A DNA stretch of 35,799 nt from Malacoraja senta (lineage: Eukaryota): NCBI GenBank assembly GCA_038087875.1, contig JAXLNO010000185.1, forward strand, positions 1 to 35,799, written 5' to 3'. A program made the translations under genes and the position numbers. Position 1 is the first letter of the stretch, and every line of letters starts with the position of its first letter. Shown one piece after another: positions 21,298 through 32,797 of this stretch. The notes under the pieces are model-generated. The model made no database searches, was not told the DNA's origin, and saw only the letters and a program-made list of their open reading frames with translations.

Positions 21298-21608
21298 ATT
21301 TTGACTGGTGTTTGGTCAATCTGGAGGTGGCATTGTGCCAAATACCCACTCAACACATGAAATGAAGCCAATAGCTTTGGAAGGCCGCACACTGTGGAGA
21401 CTTTGAATTGATTGATTAAATCGGCCCCCAGAGTCCACGACAACCATTGATCACCTGAGTTCATGCTCGTTCCCTTACCCCACTTTCACGTTCACTCTCT
21501 ACACATTAGGATCAATTAATAAAGAGCCAATTAACCTACAAACTCCACACAGACAGCAGCGAGTCAGAATTGAACCCAGGTCTCTGGCACTGAGAGGCAG
21601 CAGCTTTA

Positions 21609-22373
21609 AGGGCCTGTCCCACTATGATAACCTAATCTGCGAGTTTAGAAGAGTTTGCGCTCGCCACAAACTCGCAGCATGGTCGACACGTGGTCCTATG
21701 AGGTCACTGTAACTCTCCTTCATGCTCGAGGGAAGTTCCCGCATACTCGCGGCCTCAGTTTGGTCGAGGAAGATTTTTCAACATGTTGAAAAGTTTTCAG
21801 CGAGTAAAAATTGGTCGGCATGGTTCTTTTGAACTCGTAGTGTAGTGGAGTGGGGTCGCTATGTAGTTATAGGCAATCGAGGGCAGCCCTAGGCAATCTC
21901 CTTCGCTGACCGGGCATTTTAATTGGCTCATTGGAGTTTTCAGAACCAAGGAAAACCGACCGGTAAAGTTAAATGCCCGCTAAACTTTATTATAAGTTGT
22001 CTGGCTTCTTAAAAGTGTCTCCACTCCTTCTCCCCCCCTTCTCTCCCCTTCTCTCCCCTTCTCTCCCCTTCTCTCCCCTTCTCTCCCCTTCTCCCCTCTT
22101 CTCTCCCCTACTCCCCCCTTCTCTCCCCTTCTCTCTACCCCCCACTCCGCGCTCTCTAAAGGACTTACTGTAACTATGCCAGCCGTCTTTTACCTTCCTG
22201 TTCATCGCGGGTGTGAATTTCAGACAGCGCTCCCCCGCGTTCCCTGGCCTCTGCTTTTGCGATGTGTTTGTGTGTGTGTGTGTGTGTGTGTTGACGGTCG
22301 ATCCAGCTCGAGGTTTCTCAGGCTTGAAGGTCGAAGACAGTTGCTGAAAAGTCACGTAAGTGGGACAGGCCCT
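21609..22373. mobile_element. PIF/Harbinger-type MITE (765 bp) inserted in a V-SINE
   Basis: Perfect 15-bp TIRs AGGGCCTGTCCCACT and AGTGGGACAGGCCCT; 3-bp TSD TTA (21606-21608, 22374-22376). Removing the element restores the SINE sequence gcagcagctttacccactgcgccacc. Confidence 0.9.
22021..22145 (+). repeat. (CTCTCCCCTT)n polypyrimidine tandem repeat inside the MITE
   Basis: 10-bp unit repeated; a (GT)n tract follows at about 22263-22291. Confidence 0.9.
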
Positions 22374-22533
22374 TTACCCACTGCGCCACCCATCCGCCCA
22401 TTCTGGCCCGTGACAGGAGCGTGAAACAGACTCTAACATAATGGCACTTGCAGTAAATACTCGGGTTAGAGTCGCTGCCATTGCCTAGTTATGTGAGCAC
22501 ATGAATACCCATTTGTTTTGCTGAGAAAGAGGG

Positions 22534-23408
22534 GGCAGCACGGTGGTGCAGCAGTAAAGTTGCTGCCTTACAGCGTCAGAGACACAGGTTCGATCCCGAC
22601 CACGGGTGCTGTCTGTATTGGGTTTGTACATTCTCCCCGTGACCGCATAAGTTTTCTCCGGGTGTTCTCCGCTTTCCTCCCGCACTCCAAAGACGTGAGG
22701 CCAATTCTGGAGTATGGAGTACAATTTTGGTCGCCTAATTATAGGAAGGATGTCAACAGAGAGAGTACAGAGGAGATTTACTAGAATGTTGCCTGGGTTT
22801 CAGCAACTAGGTTACAGAGAAAGGTTGAACAAGTTAGGTCTTTATTCTTTGGAGCGCAGAAGGTTAAGAGGGGACTTGATAGAGGTGTTTAAAATTATGA
22901 GCGGGTTAGACAGAGTGGACGTGGATAAGCTTTTCCCATTGAGAGTAGGGAAGATTCAAACAACGTGACATGACTTGAGAATTAAGGGACAGAAGTTTAG
23001 GGGTAACATTAGGGGGAACTTCTTTACTCAGAGAGTGGTAGCTGTGTGGAATGAGCTTCCAGTGGAAGTGGTGGAGGCAGGTTTGATGTTATCCTTTAAA
23101 AATAGATTGGATGGGTATATGGACGGGAAAGGAATGGAGGGTTATGGTCTGAGTGCAGGTAGATGGGACTAGGGGGAAGTTTATAATTTTTTTTTAAAGT
23201 GTTCGGCACGGACTTGAAGGGCCGAGATGGCCTGTTTCCGTGCTGTTATGGTTATATGGGTTTGTAGGTTAATTGGCTTCGGTAAAAAATTATAAATTGT
23301 TCCCAGTGTGTAGGATAGTGCTGGCTTATGGGATGATCGCTGGTCGGCGCGGACACGGTGGGCCGAAGGGCCTGTTTCCCCGCTGCATCTCAACTAAACT
23401 GTACTAAA
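22534..23408 (+). mobile_element. HE1-like V-SINE interrupted by a CR1 3' fragment (about 22697-23257)
   Basis: SINE runs to ccaaagacgt; CR1 coding ERVQRRFTRMLPG...FFTQRVVAVWNELP and a gctgttatggttatat tail follow; the SINE resumes at ggtttgtaggttaattggc. Confidence 0.88.
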
Positions 23409-24149
23409 GATGTCCATTCCGCTCTTCTTTATTGAAGCCTATAGTTTCCCAACTTTTCCTAACTCCCTTCTTGAACAATGGAGTATCATTTGCAATTTAT
23501 ATATTTTGTTCAGATTGTTTTAGTTCATATTTTTATTTAGTTAAATAATTACAGTTTTATTTTTATTTCACTTCTTATTTCTAAGAGTTCCTGAATGTCC
23601 AGAGCTCAGAAACATTTAAAGCCCCTGACAGCCAGCGAAGCGAGCTGTACCCATGACCCGCAGATAAGCTACAGGCTGGTTTAAAATAAAACAACATCAA
23701 TCTGTCCCCCAAGTCATAAATTGTCAGTCTCTGCAGTCAGACAGAACAGCAGGCTTGAAGATTTAATGGGAGGAGAGTGGTTGTGTATTGAAGGAATTGA
23801 TCCTTGGAAAGTTAGCAAGGCAGCAAGCAAGAACAAAATCTATAAAAATTGCCTATGGAGCAAATGTGCACACAGTATGACTGAAAGGAAACTCCACGCT
23901 GTATGTGAAAGTTTAAGGAAGAAAGCAAGGTGTAAAATATTTTTGCAAAAATTATCTCCTGCACTGCAGTGCAGTCAAGTATCCTCTTCTACGAGCCGTG
24001 CCTATGCTGTGGCTCTCTGCACAATGCCATGGGAACCGAGAATGTTTCTCAGCTGAGACGTGCCTGCAGGAGATGTGTCAGACAATCTGCACTCAGCAAG
24101 TTTCCACTAGCAGGATTTCAGTGGCCAAAGTGTATCTTAGAGTGGGGGT

Positions 24150-24780
24150 ATAGAGCGGGTGGATGCACACAGTCCAGGGTAGAAGGATCAAAAACAAGAG
24201 ATGTGTAAGGAGAGAGGTACAAGATCTGATACGAACCTGAGGGGAAACGTTTCCACTCAGGATGTGGAGGACGGAACGAGCTGCCGCAGGAGGTTGTTGC
24301 GGCAGGTTGAGTTTAGTTTAGAGATACAGCGCAGAAACAGGCCTTCAGCCCACCGAGTCCGCGCCAACCAGCGATCTCCGCACATTAACACTCTCCTACA
24401 CACACCAGAGACGATTTACCAATTAACCTACAAACCTGTACGTCTTTGGGATGTGGGAGAAAACCGAAGATCTCGGAGAAAACCCACGCAGGTCACGGGG
24501 AGAACGTACAAACTCCGTACAGACAGCACCCGTAGTCGGGATCGAGCCCGGGTCGCCGGCGCTGCAAGCGCTGTAAGGCAGCAACTCTACCGCTGCGCCA
24601 CCGTGCCGCCCAAGTGCTGTAACAACATTCAAAAGACACTCTTCCATGTGCACAGGTGCATGGCGAGGAAAGGTTTAGAGGGATGTGGGGCAAATGGGAC
24701 TACCTTAGATGGGGCATCTTGGTCGGCATGGACGCATTGGGCCGAATGGCTTGTTTCCGTGCTGAACGACTCAGTGACTC
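24150..24780 (+). mobile_element. CR1 3' fragment with a nested full-length minus-strand V-SINE (about 24310-24610)
   Basis: CR1 motifs on both sides; SINE with (TTTAG)n tail, V-domain and tRNA head. Confidence 0.82.
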
Positions 24781-24870
24781 TGCTTTCCTTGATGCAAGCT
24801 GAAAGATAAATATAATCCAGGACCCAAGGTTTCAACGTTACAGGTTGTAGAGAGTTGGAGCAACGTTTGA

Positions 24871-25180
24871 GAACCACAGTTTAACAATAAAGGGTAAGCC
24901 ATTTGGAACAGAGACGAGGAAACACTTTTTCTCACAGAGTTGTGAGTGCGTGGAATTCTCTGTCTCAGAGGGCGGTGGAGGCAGGTTCTCTGGATGGAGA
25001 GAGCTGGATAGGACTCTTAAAGATAGCGGAGTCAGGGGATATGGGGAAAAGGCAGGAACGGGGTGCTGATTGGGGATGATCAGCCATGATCACATTGAAT
25101 GGCGGTGCTGGCTCGAAGGGCCGAATGGCCTACTCCTATTGATCTATGGCCTGCTAATGACCTATTGTCTATTGTCTATT
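24871..25180 (+). mobile_element. CR1 3' end, same subfamily as 485-1664
   Basis: Close match to 1390-1664, including the ctattgtctattgtct tail. Confidence 0.9.
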
Positions 25181-25278
25181 GGTCTGAAGAAGGGTCTCGA
25201 GCCGAAACGTCACCCATTCCTTCTCTCCAGAGATGCTGCCTGTCCCGCTGAGTTACTCCAGCATTTTGTGTCTACCTT
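25181..25278 (+). mobile_element. PLE/hammerhead unit just upstream of a NOC2L exon
   Basis: ggt-CTGAAGA-agggtctcgagcc-GAAA-cg-TC-acc (one stem II mismatch, 3-bp stem I) plus the conserved downstream 65 nt. Confidence 0.82.
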
Positions 25279-25335
25279 GCAGCAACGATACCCCGCTTTA
25301 TCGACTTTAAACATGTTCTTGCATCTTGTTCACAG

Positions 25336-25449
25336 GCTTCGTGGGAGAAGGAGGTGAAGGAGGAGGTGTCGCCTCTGCAGAAGTACTACAGCAGCTGGAA
25401 GAAACTCAGAGAGAAGGAGATTATACTGGAAATCACCGGCAAGGAGCGG
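25336..25449 (+). CDS. NOC2L: NOC2L internal coding exon (114 nt, phase 0/0)
   Basis: Acceptor cttgttcacAG, donor GTACGT. Translates [38 protein letters not shown]. Confidence 0.95.
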
Positions 25450-25530
25450 GTACGTTGAGAGACATTTAGACATCCCTGACAGCTGGCAAAGCTGGCCACA
25501 CCCATCTCCAATTACCTACAGTTAAACTAC

Positions 25531-25695
25531 AGGTAGATACAAAATGCTGGAGGTACTCAGTGGGTGAGGCAGCATCTATGGAGAGGGTCTCAACCCGAAA
25601 CATCACCTATTCCTTCTCTCTCTCACCCGCTGAGTTCCCCAGCATTTTGTATCTACCTTCAATTTTACCAGCATCTGCAGTTGTTTCTTAAACAA
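25531..25695. mobile_element. PLE terminal repeat pair, head to head
   Basis: Perfect 20-bp inverted repeat aggtagatacaaaatgctgg (25531-25550) and ccagcattttgtatctacct (25639-25658). Confidence 0.8.
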
Positions 25696-26047
25696 GATAA
25701 ACTACCGTTGATTTAACTTAAAGCTACATGGACCTAACCTCAAGACATTAAGTATCACTGTGTATATAATAATTTGTAGGTTCTATCGCAACGTTTAAGA
25801 AACATTTAGACAGGTCAATGGATAGGACAGGTTTAGAGGGATATGAGCCAAACACAGGCAGGTGGGATTAGTGCAGTGGGACATGTTGGGTTGCTGTGGG
25901 CAAATTGGGCCGAAGGGCCTGTTTCCATGCTGTATGACTACGTCTCTGTATAAGAGAGATCAGATGTCTCTTGTAGCCCTGCGTTTTGAAAGAAAGTTCA
26001 CCCGTTTCAAAGCAAGAGAGTGTTGAACAATTTCCAAAGCTTGGTTA

Positions 26048-26529
26048 AGGGCCTGTCCCATTTGTTCGTCATTTGCGCGCCATTTACGCGACCTCCAAAA
26101 ATGTCGTCGTCGCGTTGTGATGCACGGGTGGCGTTGTGGGTAGCGCGGGACGGGCGCATGGAGAGGCGTGGAGGAGTGTGGTTGCGCACGGTATCGCACG
26201 GCGCTCCAGGATTTCGTGCTGCACGAAATCCTCGCGCGCCACCTGCGTAACCTCTCGCGTTTGCCTACGCATTGCGTACGCGCGCTGACGCATTGGCGTC
26301 ACCCGCTGGCATCCCGACGTCTCACGTGTATCGCGTGGTGACGCATGGTTACATCACCGTGCGTAACCATGCGTCGCAGCGTGCCGCAAGGTATTCTAAT
26401 GATGTCACGTGCACCAGACGGCCTGATAACGCGTGATTTGCGCGTGAAGTCGCGCGTAACGACGCGTCGACCTATTTTACATATGACACGTAAATGAGGC
26501 GCAAATGACGGCCAAGTGGGACGGGCCCT
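26048..26529. mobile_element. PIF/Harbinger-type MITE (482 bp), CpG-rich
   Basis: About 43-bp imperfect TIRs beginning AGGGCCTGTCCCA and ending TGGGACGGGCCCT; TSD TTA (26045-26047, 26530-26532). Confidence 0.88.
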
Positions 26530-26733
26530 TTAGCTACCTATCTTGTTTATCCCACCCTCCGGTTTTACATTTCTCTCCTCCTCTCCTTATCTGACGCCCT
26601 TTTGTCCCCTTTGTCACCACAAGAATTTGTCCCTCACTCCCCAAATCAGCCTATCAAACCCCTCCTCATCTGTATCCACCTCTCACTCGCTCAAAACAGA
26701 AAGTGCTGGAGTAACTGAGCGGGGCTGAGAGGA

Positions 26734-26834
26734 GGTAGACAAAGATGCTGGAGAAACTCAGCGGGTGAGGCAGCATCTATGGAGCGAAGGAAATAGGCGA
26801 CGTTTCGGGTCAAGACCCTTCTTCAGACTTCTTC
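26734..26834 (-). mobile_element. Stand-alone 101-nt PLE/hammerhead unit with a 16-bp TSD
   Basis: Perfect direct repeat AGCGGGGCTGAGAGGA at 26718-26733 and 26835-26850; intact core on the minus strand: CTGAAGA-a-GGGTCTTGACCC-GAAA-cg-TC. Confidence 0.85.
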
Positions 26835-27432
26835 AGCGGGGCTGAGAGGACATAGATTTAAGGTGCGAAGGAAAAAATACATAATGGGAACCTGAGGGGC
26901 AACTTTTTCTACATAGAGGGTGCTGGGTGAATGGAACGAGCTGCCAGAGGAGGTAGTTGAGACGACATTTAAAAGACATTTGTACAGGTACATGGATAGG
27001 AATGTTTGCGAGGGGTCTGGCCCAACACGGGCAGGTGGGACTAGCACAGATGGGGCACCTTGGTCGTCATGGACAACGGTGGAGAGAAGAGGCTGTTTCA
27101 ATGCTGCATGAATCTGTGACTGTATTTTAGAGTGTATTGTTAATGAAAACACAGATTTAAATTGCCACCAGAGCAGGTTTTCCGTTTCTATCTATAGAAC
27201 ACTAATAAGTTCAGGTCTCTGAATTTTGTCCGCGTGACTTAATTAGTGTGCCTCCACAACCTAAAATGTTGTGAATTGTAGATCTCATCTGTAAGACTTG
27301 TTTTTTCAAAACTCGTTGCAAGTGTTTTAAGTTACAGACTTGTGTGGGCGTGCAGTGTTTCGAAGGCTTTGATGCTTCTCGCTTCGACCCTGGTTTTGTC
27401 CCGTGGTTGCTGCGACCTTTTACTTGCGGCTT

Positions 27433-27835
27433 GGTTTAGTTTGGTTTAGAGATGCAGCGTGGAAACAGGCCCTTTGACCCACCGAGTGCTCACCGATCGG
27501 CGATCACCCCGTACACTGGTTCTATCCTGCACCCGAGGGACAATTTGCAGAAGAAAATTAACCTGCAAACCTGTACGTCTTTGGGCTGTGGGAGGAAACC
27601 GGAGCACCCGGAGAGAAGCCACGCAGGTCACGGGGATGTGGACACAGAATGCTGGAGTGACTCAGCAGGACAGGCAGCATCTGTGGAGAGAAGGAATGGG
27701 TGACGTTTCGGGTCGAGACCCTTCTCCAGGTCTCGGGGAGAACGTACAAACTCTGTACAGACAGCACCCATAGTCGGGATCGAACCCCGGGTCTCTGGCG
27801 CTGTAAGGCAGCAACTCTACCGCTGCGCCACTGTG
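27433..27835 (-). mobile_element. HE1-like V-SINE with a nested PLE unit (27637-27726)
   Basis: 13-bp duplication CAGGTC(A/T)CGGGGA at 27624-27636 and 27727-27739 around the PLE unit. Confidence 0.85.
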
Positions 27836-27904
27836 TGACGTGCTGCTTCGTCATGCACCTATGTCGAACTGCTCGGTGGGAGTTGACTTGTTGGTGCTCT
27901 GTTT

Positions 27905-28443
27905 CCAACAGAGAGTTAGATTTAGCTCTTAGGGCTAACGGAATCAAGGGATATGGGGGCAAAAGCAGGAACGGGGTGCTGATTTTGGATGATCAGCCAA
28001 GATCATGTTGAATGGCGGTGCTGGCTGGAAGGGCCAAATAGCCTACTCCTGCACCTATTTTCTACGTTTCTATGCTCCTGCTTGAGCACCTCACCCTGAT
28101 AACATCATGTTCGGCATAGACAGGGTAGACAATCAGAACCTTTTTCCCCAGGGTGAAAATGTCAAAGACTACAGTGCGTAGTTGTAAGGCAAGGGGAGCT
28201 AAGTTGATAGGAGATGTGCGCGGCATGTTTTTTCTACAGAGAGTGCTGGGTGCCTGGAACGAGCTGCCAGGGGTGGTGTTGAAGGCAGATAGGATAGTGG
28301 ACATTAAGAGACTTTTGGATAGGCACGTGGATTTGGACGGATATGGATCACGTGCAGGCAGAGGAGATTAGTTTAACCTGGCATCATGTTCGGCACAGAC
28401 ACTGTGGGCCGAAGGGCCTGTTCCCGAGCTGCACTGTTCTATG
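27905..28443 (+). mobile_element. Two CR1 3' fragments
   Basis: FFLQRVLGAWNELPG (ORF 28153..28371) and two CR1-type tails. Confidence 0.8.
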
Positions 28444-29245
28444 TGACAACGAAGGAATCTAAATTAAAATAATTAAATGGAAATAAATTATCTACAATGC
28501 TAATAGTAACTATAGACCTCCTCTTTATGAAGCAACCCGTCTGGTTACACAGGTTTGCGGGGAACAGTAGGAACAAAATATTCATCCCCTTGCGTCTACT
28601 GAGTCTTGTTAGATCATTGTCTATATTTCATCTTGTGACCCTTACACAACACCAACCTCATTTCCCCTAATTACTGCAAAACGCCTATCTCAGTCCTTAA
28701 TAGCTCATTAACATAGCCTTCCTTGTTGGGTAGAACGCTTTAAAGATTCTCCCCTTTGGGTGAAGACATTTCTTCCCACTGTTCCCCTGAATGCTTTATT
28801 TACCCATATTTTGAGATTGGGACTCCCTCAATTTTATGCATAGAACTGGACAGCATAGGAACAGGCCCTTCAGCCCACAGTGTCTGTGCCGAGCATGATA
28901 CCAAGTTCAATTAGTCACCTCTGCCTGCACGTGATCCATATCCCTCTGTTCCTTTAATATATAATGTGCAGATTTAAAACCCTCTTAATCTTTCCTCAGA
29001 TCTTAAAACCTCCTAGCTTTGCTTAGTCAGAGGAGTGACGCCGGCAAATTCTTCACTAGCCATCCGTAAATGCCACCATCATATCTGCCTCCACCACAGC
29101 CCCTGGCAGCACATGCCAGGCACCTGCCACGTTCTGTGTTAGAAAAAACTTGCCCCGTTGCCCTGCGCATCTCCATTAAGCTTTGCCCCATCTCACCTTA
29201 AAGCTCCATCCTACAGTCCTTGCCATTTCCACCCTGGGGAAAAGG

Positions 29246-29562
29246 TTAGGGTGGCATTGAGGTAGGGAGCCAAACTGCGTTACAGCACCAGAGACCTGGG
29301 TTCGATCCTGCCTACGGGCGCTTGTCTGTACGGAGTTTGTACCTTCTCCCCAGCGTGAGCCGCGTGGGTTTTCTCCGAGTTCTTCGGTTTCCTCACACAC
29401 TCCAAAGACGTACAGATTTGTGGGCTAATTGGCTCGGTGTAAATGTAAATTGTCCCTAGTGTGTGTAGGTTAATCTTAGTGTGTGGGGATTGCTGGTCGG
29501 CGTGGACTCGGTGGGCCGAAGGGCCTGTTTCTGCGCAGTATCTCTAATGTAAACCAAACTAA
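29246..29562 (+). mobile_element. HE1-like V-SINE, within a decayed minus-strand CR1 (about 28840-29620)
   Basis: B box GGTTCGATCC, V-domain and tail. Confidence 0.85.
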
Positions 29563-29909
29563 AATCGATGGTCTACCCTTATCTATGCCTGTCATAGTTT
29601 TATATCCATTTGTCAGGTCCGCTGCCCTCTCCCAGTCCCACCTGTTTGTGACTCCTGCCCCAACAACAATGCTGACTGCCAGCTACCCTCTGAAGTCGCC
29701 CTGGATTCCTCTCCATTTGGGGCATGGGTGTTAAATGCCTTGCCTGTGACCCTCCCATCCATTGAATAAGCAATAAGGATCCCATAAATCACTCGCGAGT
29801 TGGGAAGAGATGAGTTAGATTTCTGCTCAGGTACAACGTTTTAAGCCAAGTTAAGCCAAAGAACTTTGAATTCTTTGATACCTGATCCACAAAGAACACC
29901 ATCATCACC

Positions 29910-30640
29910 ATCTGAGGGTCCGAACTATAGGGAGTGGTTAGGCAAGCTGGGACTTTATCCCACGGAGCGCAGGAGGATGAGGGGTAATCTTTTATGAGAT
30001 TATTGGGGGGGGGGGGAAACAGGAAGAATTATGGGGGGGAATTGCTAGGATGAATGAACCTTTTATTGCAGGTTTCCTGCGTCTGCAGTTTTTTTTCAGT
30101 TTCAATTGCTCAGACACGTAGGAAGAGGTTGGGCAGGCTAGGATTTGATCTTACAGAGGTGCGATCTTAGAGAGGTATATAAGGTCATGAGCGGAAGAGA
30201 GACAGTTAAATGCAATTTATTTTTCGTTTCAATTGCTCATGTTTGGGCAGGCGAGGACATTATTCCCTGGAGCGCAGGAGGATGAGGGGTGGTGTATAAG
30301 ATGATGAGAGGAAGAGATAGGGTAGATGCATAGTGTTTTACCCAGGGTCGGGGAATCTTGAAACAGAGGTTTAAGGTTCGATGGATAAGATTTTATAGGA
30401 TCCCGAGGGGCAACGTTTTCACACAGAGGGTGGTGGGTATCTGGAACAAGGTGCCAGGGCAGGTGGTTGAAGCAGGTACTGTAACAGCGTGTAAAAGACA
30501 TTTGGACAAGTGCATGGATGTGAAAGTTTTAGAGGGATATGGGCCAAACGCGGACAGGTGAGACTAGTGTAGATGGGGCACCTTGGTCGGCATGGGCAAG
30601 TTGGGGTGAAGGGCCTGTTTCCATGGTGGATAACTCTATG
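29910..30640 (+). mobile_element. Decayed and partly duplicated CR1 3' region
   Basis: Repeated ggcaggctaggac/ggagcgcaggaggatgaggggt segments; NVFTQRVVGIWNKVP (ORF 30358..30561). Confidence 0.75.
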
Positions 30641-30693
30641 CAGTTTGGCCCAGTGGGTTCAGCTCTGCCAAGCTGAGCTCTTGTTTTTCCGCA

Positions 30694-30783
30694 TAGACAC
30701 AAAATTGCTGGAGTAACTCAGCGGGACAGGCAGCATCTCTGGAGAGAAGGAATGGGTGACGTTTCGGGTCGAGGCCCTTCTTC
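30694..30783 (-). mobile_element. PLE/hammerhead unit truncated within the CTGAAGA box
   Basis: Near-consensus tagacacaaaattgctggag...gacgtttcgggtcgaggcccttcttc. Confidence 0.8.
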
Positions 30784-30856
30784 TTGTTTCTTGCGGATGT
30801 TCCATTCAGACCTGCATCACATCAAGTGCTGGCCTAGAACAAATCCCACCCACCCA

Positions 30857-30976
30857 AAAATCCCACCCGCATATGCCAGGGCTGGAGAACTTAAGTAAAA
30901 TCCCACCCGTATTTACCAGGGCTGGAGAGATTCAGTAAAATCCCACCCGTATATCCCAGGGCTGGAGAGATTCAGT
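30857..30976 (+). repeat. 40-bp tandem repeat, 3 copies
   Basis: Unit AAAATCCCACCCGTAT(T/A)..CCAGGGCTGGAGAGATTCAGT starting at 30857, 30897 and 30937. Confidence 0.92.
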
Positions 30977-31049
30977 AATAATGGGAATCAGAGAATCTGG
31001 GACTTTTTCCTGGATCAAGTGACCTCGTGTCATTGTCATATCAAATGTT

Positions 31050-31590
31050 GACCTCATTGAGATTTCTAAGATGATGAGGAACTTAGATGGGGTGGACAGT
31101 CACAGCCTTTTATCCAAGAGTAGGGGAGTCTAAAACTTAAAGCAAGGGTTTAAGGTGAGAGATACAGATTCAAAAGGGATCAAGATCAAAGGGGGCGTTA
31201 TTTTTTCATATCCCCACCGAATGTGGTGGGTTTCGGCAACAAACTGCCAGAGGAAGTGGTAGCGTCTATAGAGGTAGCACATTCACAATGTTTAAAGGTC
31301 ATTTGGTCAGGTATATAGAAAGGAAAGAGTTGGAGAGATGTGGGCCAAATGCAGGCACATGGGACTCTCAGCAGTTTATGACACTGTGCAGGTGCCAGAG
31401 GTTATGGGGAGAAGGCAGGAGAATGGAGTTAGGAGGGAGAGACAGATGATTGAATGGCAGAATAGACTTGATGGGCCGAATGGCCTAATTCTACTCCTAT
31501 CACTTATGGACTTATGACTAGCTTAGGGAGATGTCTTGGTCGCATGGACAAGTTGGGTCGAAGGGCCTGACTGTGTGCTGTTTGATTCCT
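31050..31590 (+). mobile_element. Decayed CR1 3' fragments (nested)
   Basis: ctgccagaggaagtggt motif and tails gggccgaatggcctaattct / gggtcgaagggcctg. Confidence 0.65.
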
Positions 31591-31840
31591 TGACTGTACA
31601 GTAAAATGATGAGTGGTAAAATAATCAACTCATCAATACTAACACCCGCGGTTTCTCTCTGCACAGCAGGTTTTGTGCAAGGTTGGTCCTGCTTTCTTCT
31701 CATAACAATATTATTTATTTCAAATCTGACTCACTGTTGCCATTCCAAGAAGACAAATATTAAAACAGGAAGAACAATTTTAGCAATTTTTTTATTGGAT
31801 ATCTTTTTTCCAATTTGAGTTCACACAGCGAGAGCCTCAC

Positions 31841-32112
31841 TAGTTTAATTTAGTTTAGTTTAGCGATAAGGCACAGAAACAGGCCCTTTGGCCCACCGAG
31901 TCTGCGTCGACCAGCAATCCAAGTGCACTCGTGCTATCCTACACGCTAGGGACAATTCAGAGACGCCAATGTGGGAGCAAACCGGAGCACCCGGGGAAAA
32001 CCACGCGATCGCGGGGGGAACGTACAAACGCCGTACGAACAGCACCCGTAGTCAGGATCGAACCCAGGTCTCTGGCGCTGTGAGGCAGCAGCTCTATGCG
32101 GCACCACTGTTG
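31841..32112 (-). mobile_element. HE1-like V-SINE
   Basis: (TTTAG)n tail, partial V-domain and tRNA head. Confidence 0.85.
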
Positions 32113-32797
32113 CCGAGACATTAAAGTGGGAAGTGTTTTGGAATGATGCAGCAAGGAGCTCTGTCAGCCATCCAAGGTGCAAGGATCCTCGTAAAAGGCA
32201 GGGAGCAGCAGGATTTGTGTTCAACAGTGATGCCCTCGTCTAATGGGTTTTAAGTCCCCAACACATGAATCCTTCGATATTAGTGCCGTGATCATTTGTT
32301 GATGTCGGAGTTCCATGAAGCCAAGCCTGGTAGATCCTTTCAAACATCCCACCAATTCACCGCATCAGTTTGTTGACAGTGTTTGCCAAAGAGGAAAAAA
32401 AGCTTTAAAAAAATATATAGTTCCAACAGGAACACAAAGTTTTGCAATTTTCTTTTACCGAAAAGAGTTTTGAGCTTCCTGAGAAATTGGGGGTGGGGAG
32501 GGGGGGGATTCAACGCATAGCTCCAGGCATCAATTTCTAACTCTCTTTCTTGGTGTCCCAGTGTAATCTTCCTTCCAGTTACCAAGGGTCCAGTGATGAA
32601 GCAGAGGTGTCTAAGCAGTCAGTCAGTCTGGAAGGGATGTCACATTTGCCGTTAGTTTTGTAAATTGGTCATTGCCGATCGCTGTGTAATGAACCGGAGA
32701 TGGGGTCAGACCATGGCTTGGTGTTTTTAGTCTCCGCTGCGAATGGGGCTGACTTTGTAGTAACTGCTTACTTTATATTTCATGTGCCTCTCTCCAG

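Noticed and set aside
23600..24130. Non-repetitive intronic block as a conserved enhancer (also 14400-14820)
   Set aside because: Absence of recognisable repeats is not evidence of function; cross-species alignment is required.
24201..24809. 202-aa ORF
   Set aside because: Chance read-through across a CR1 fragment and an antisense SINE.
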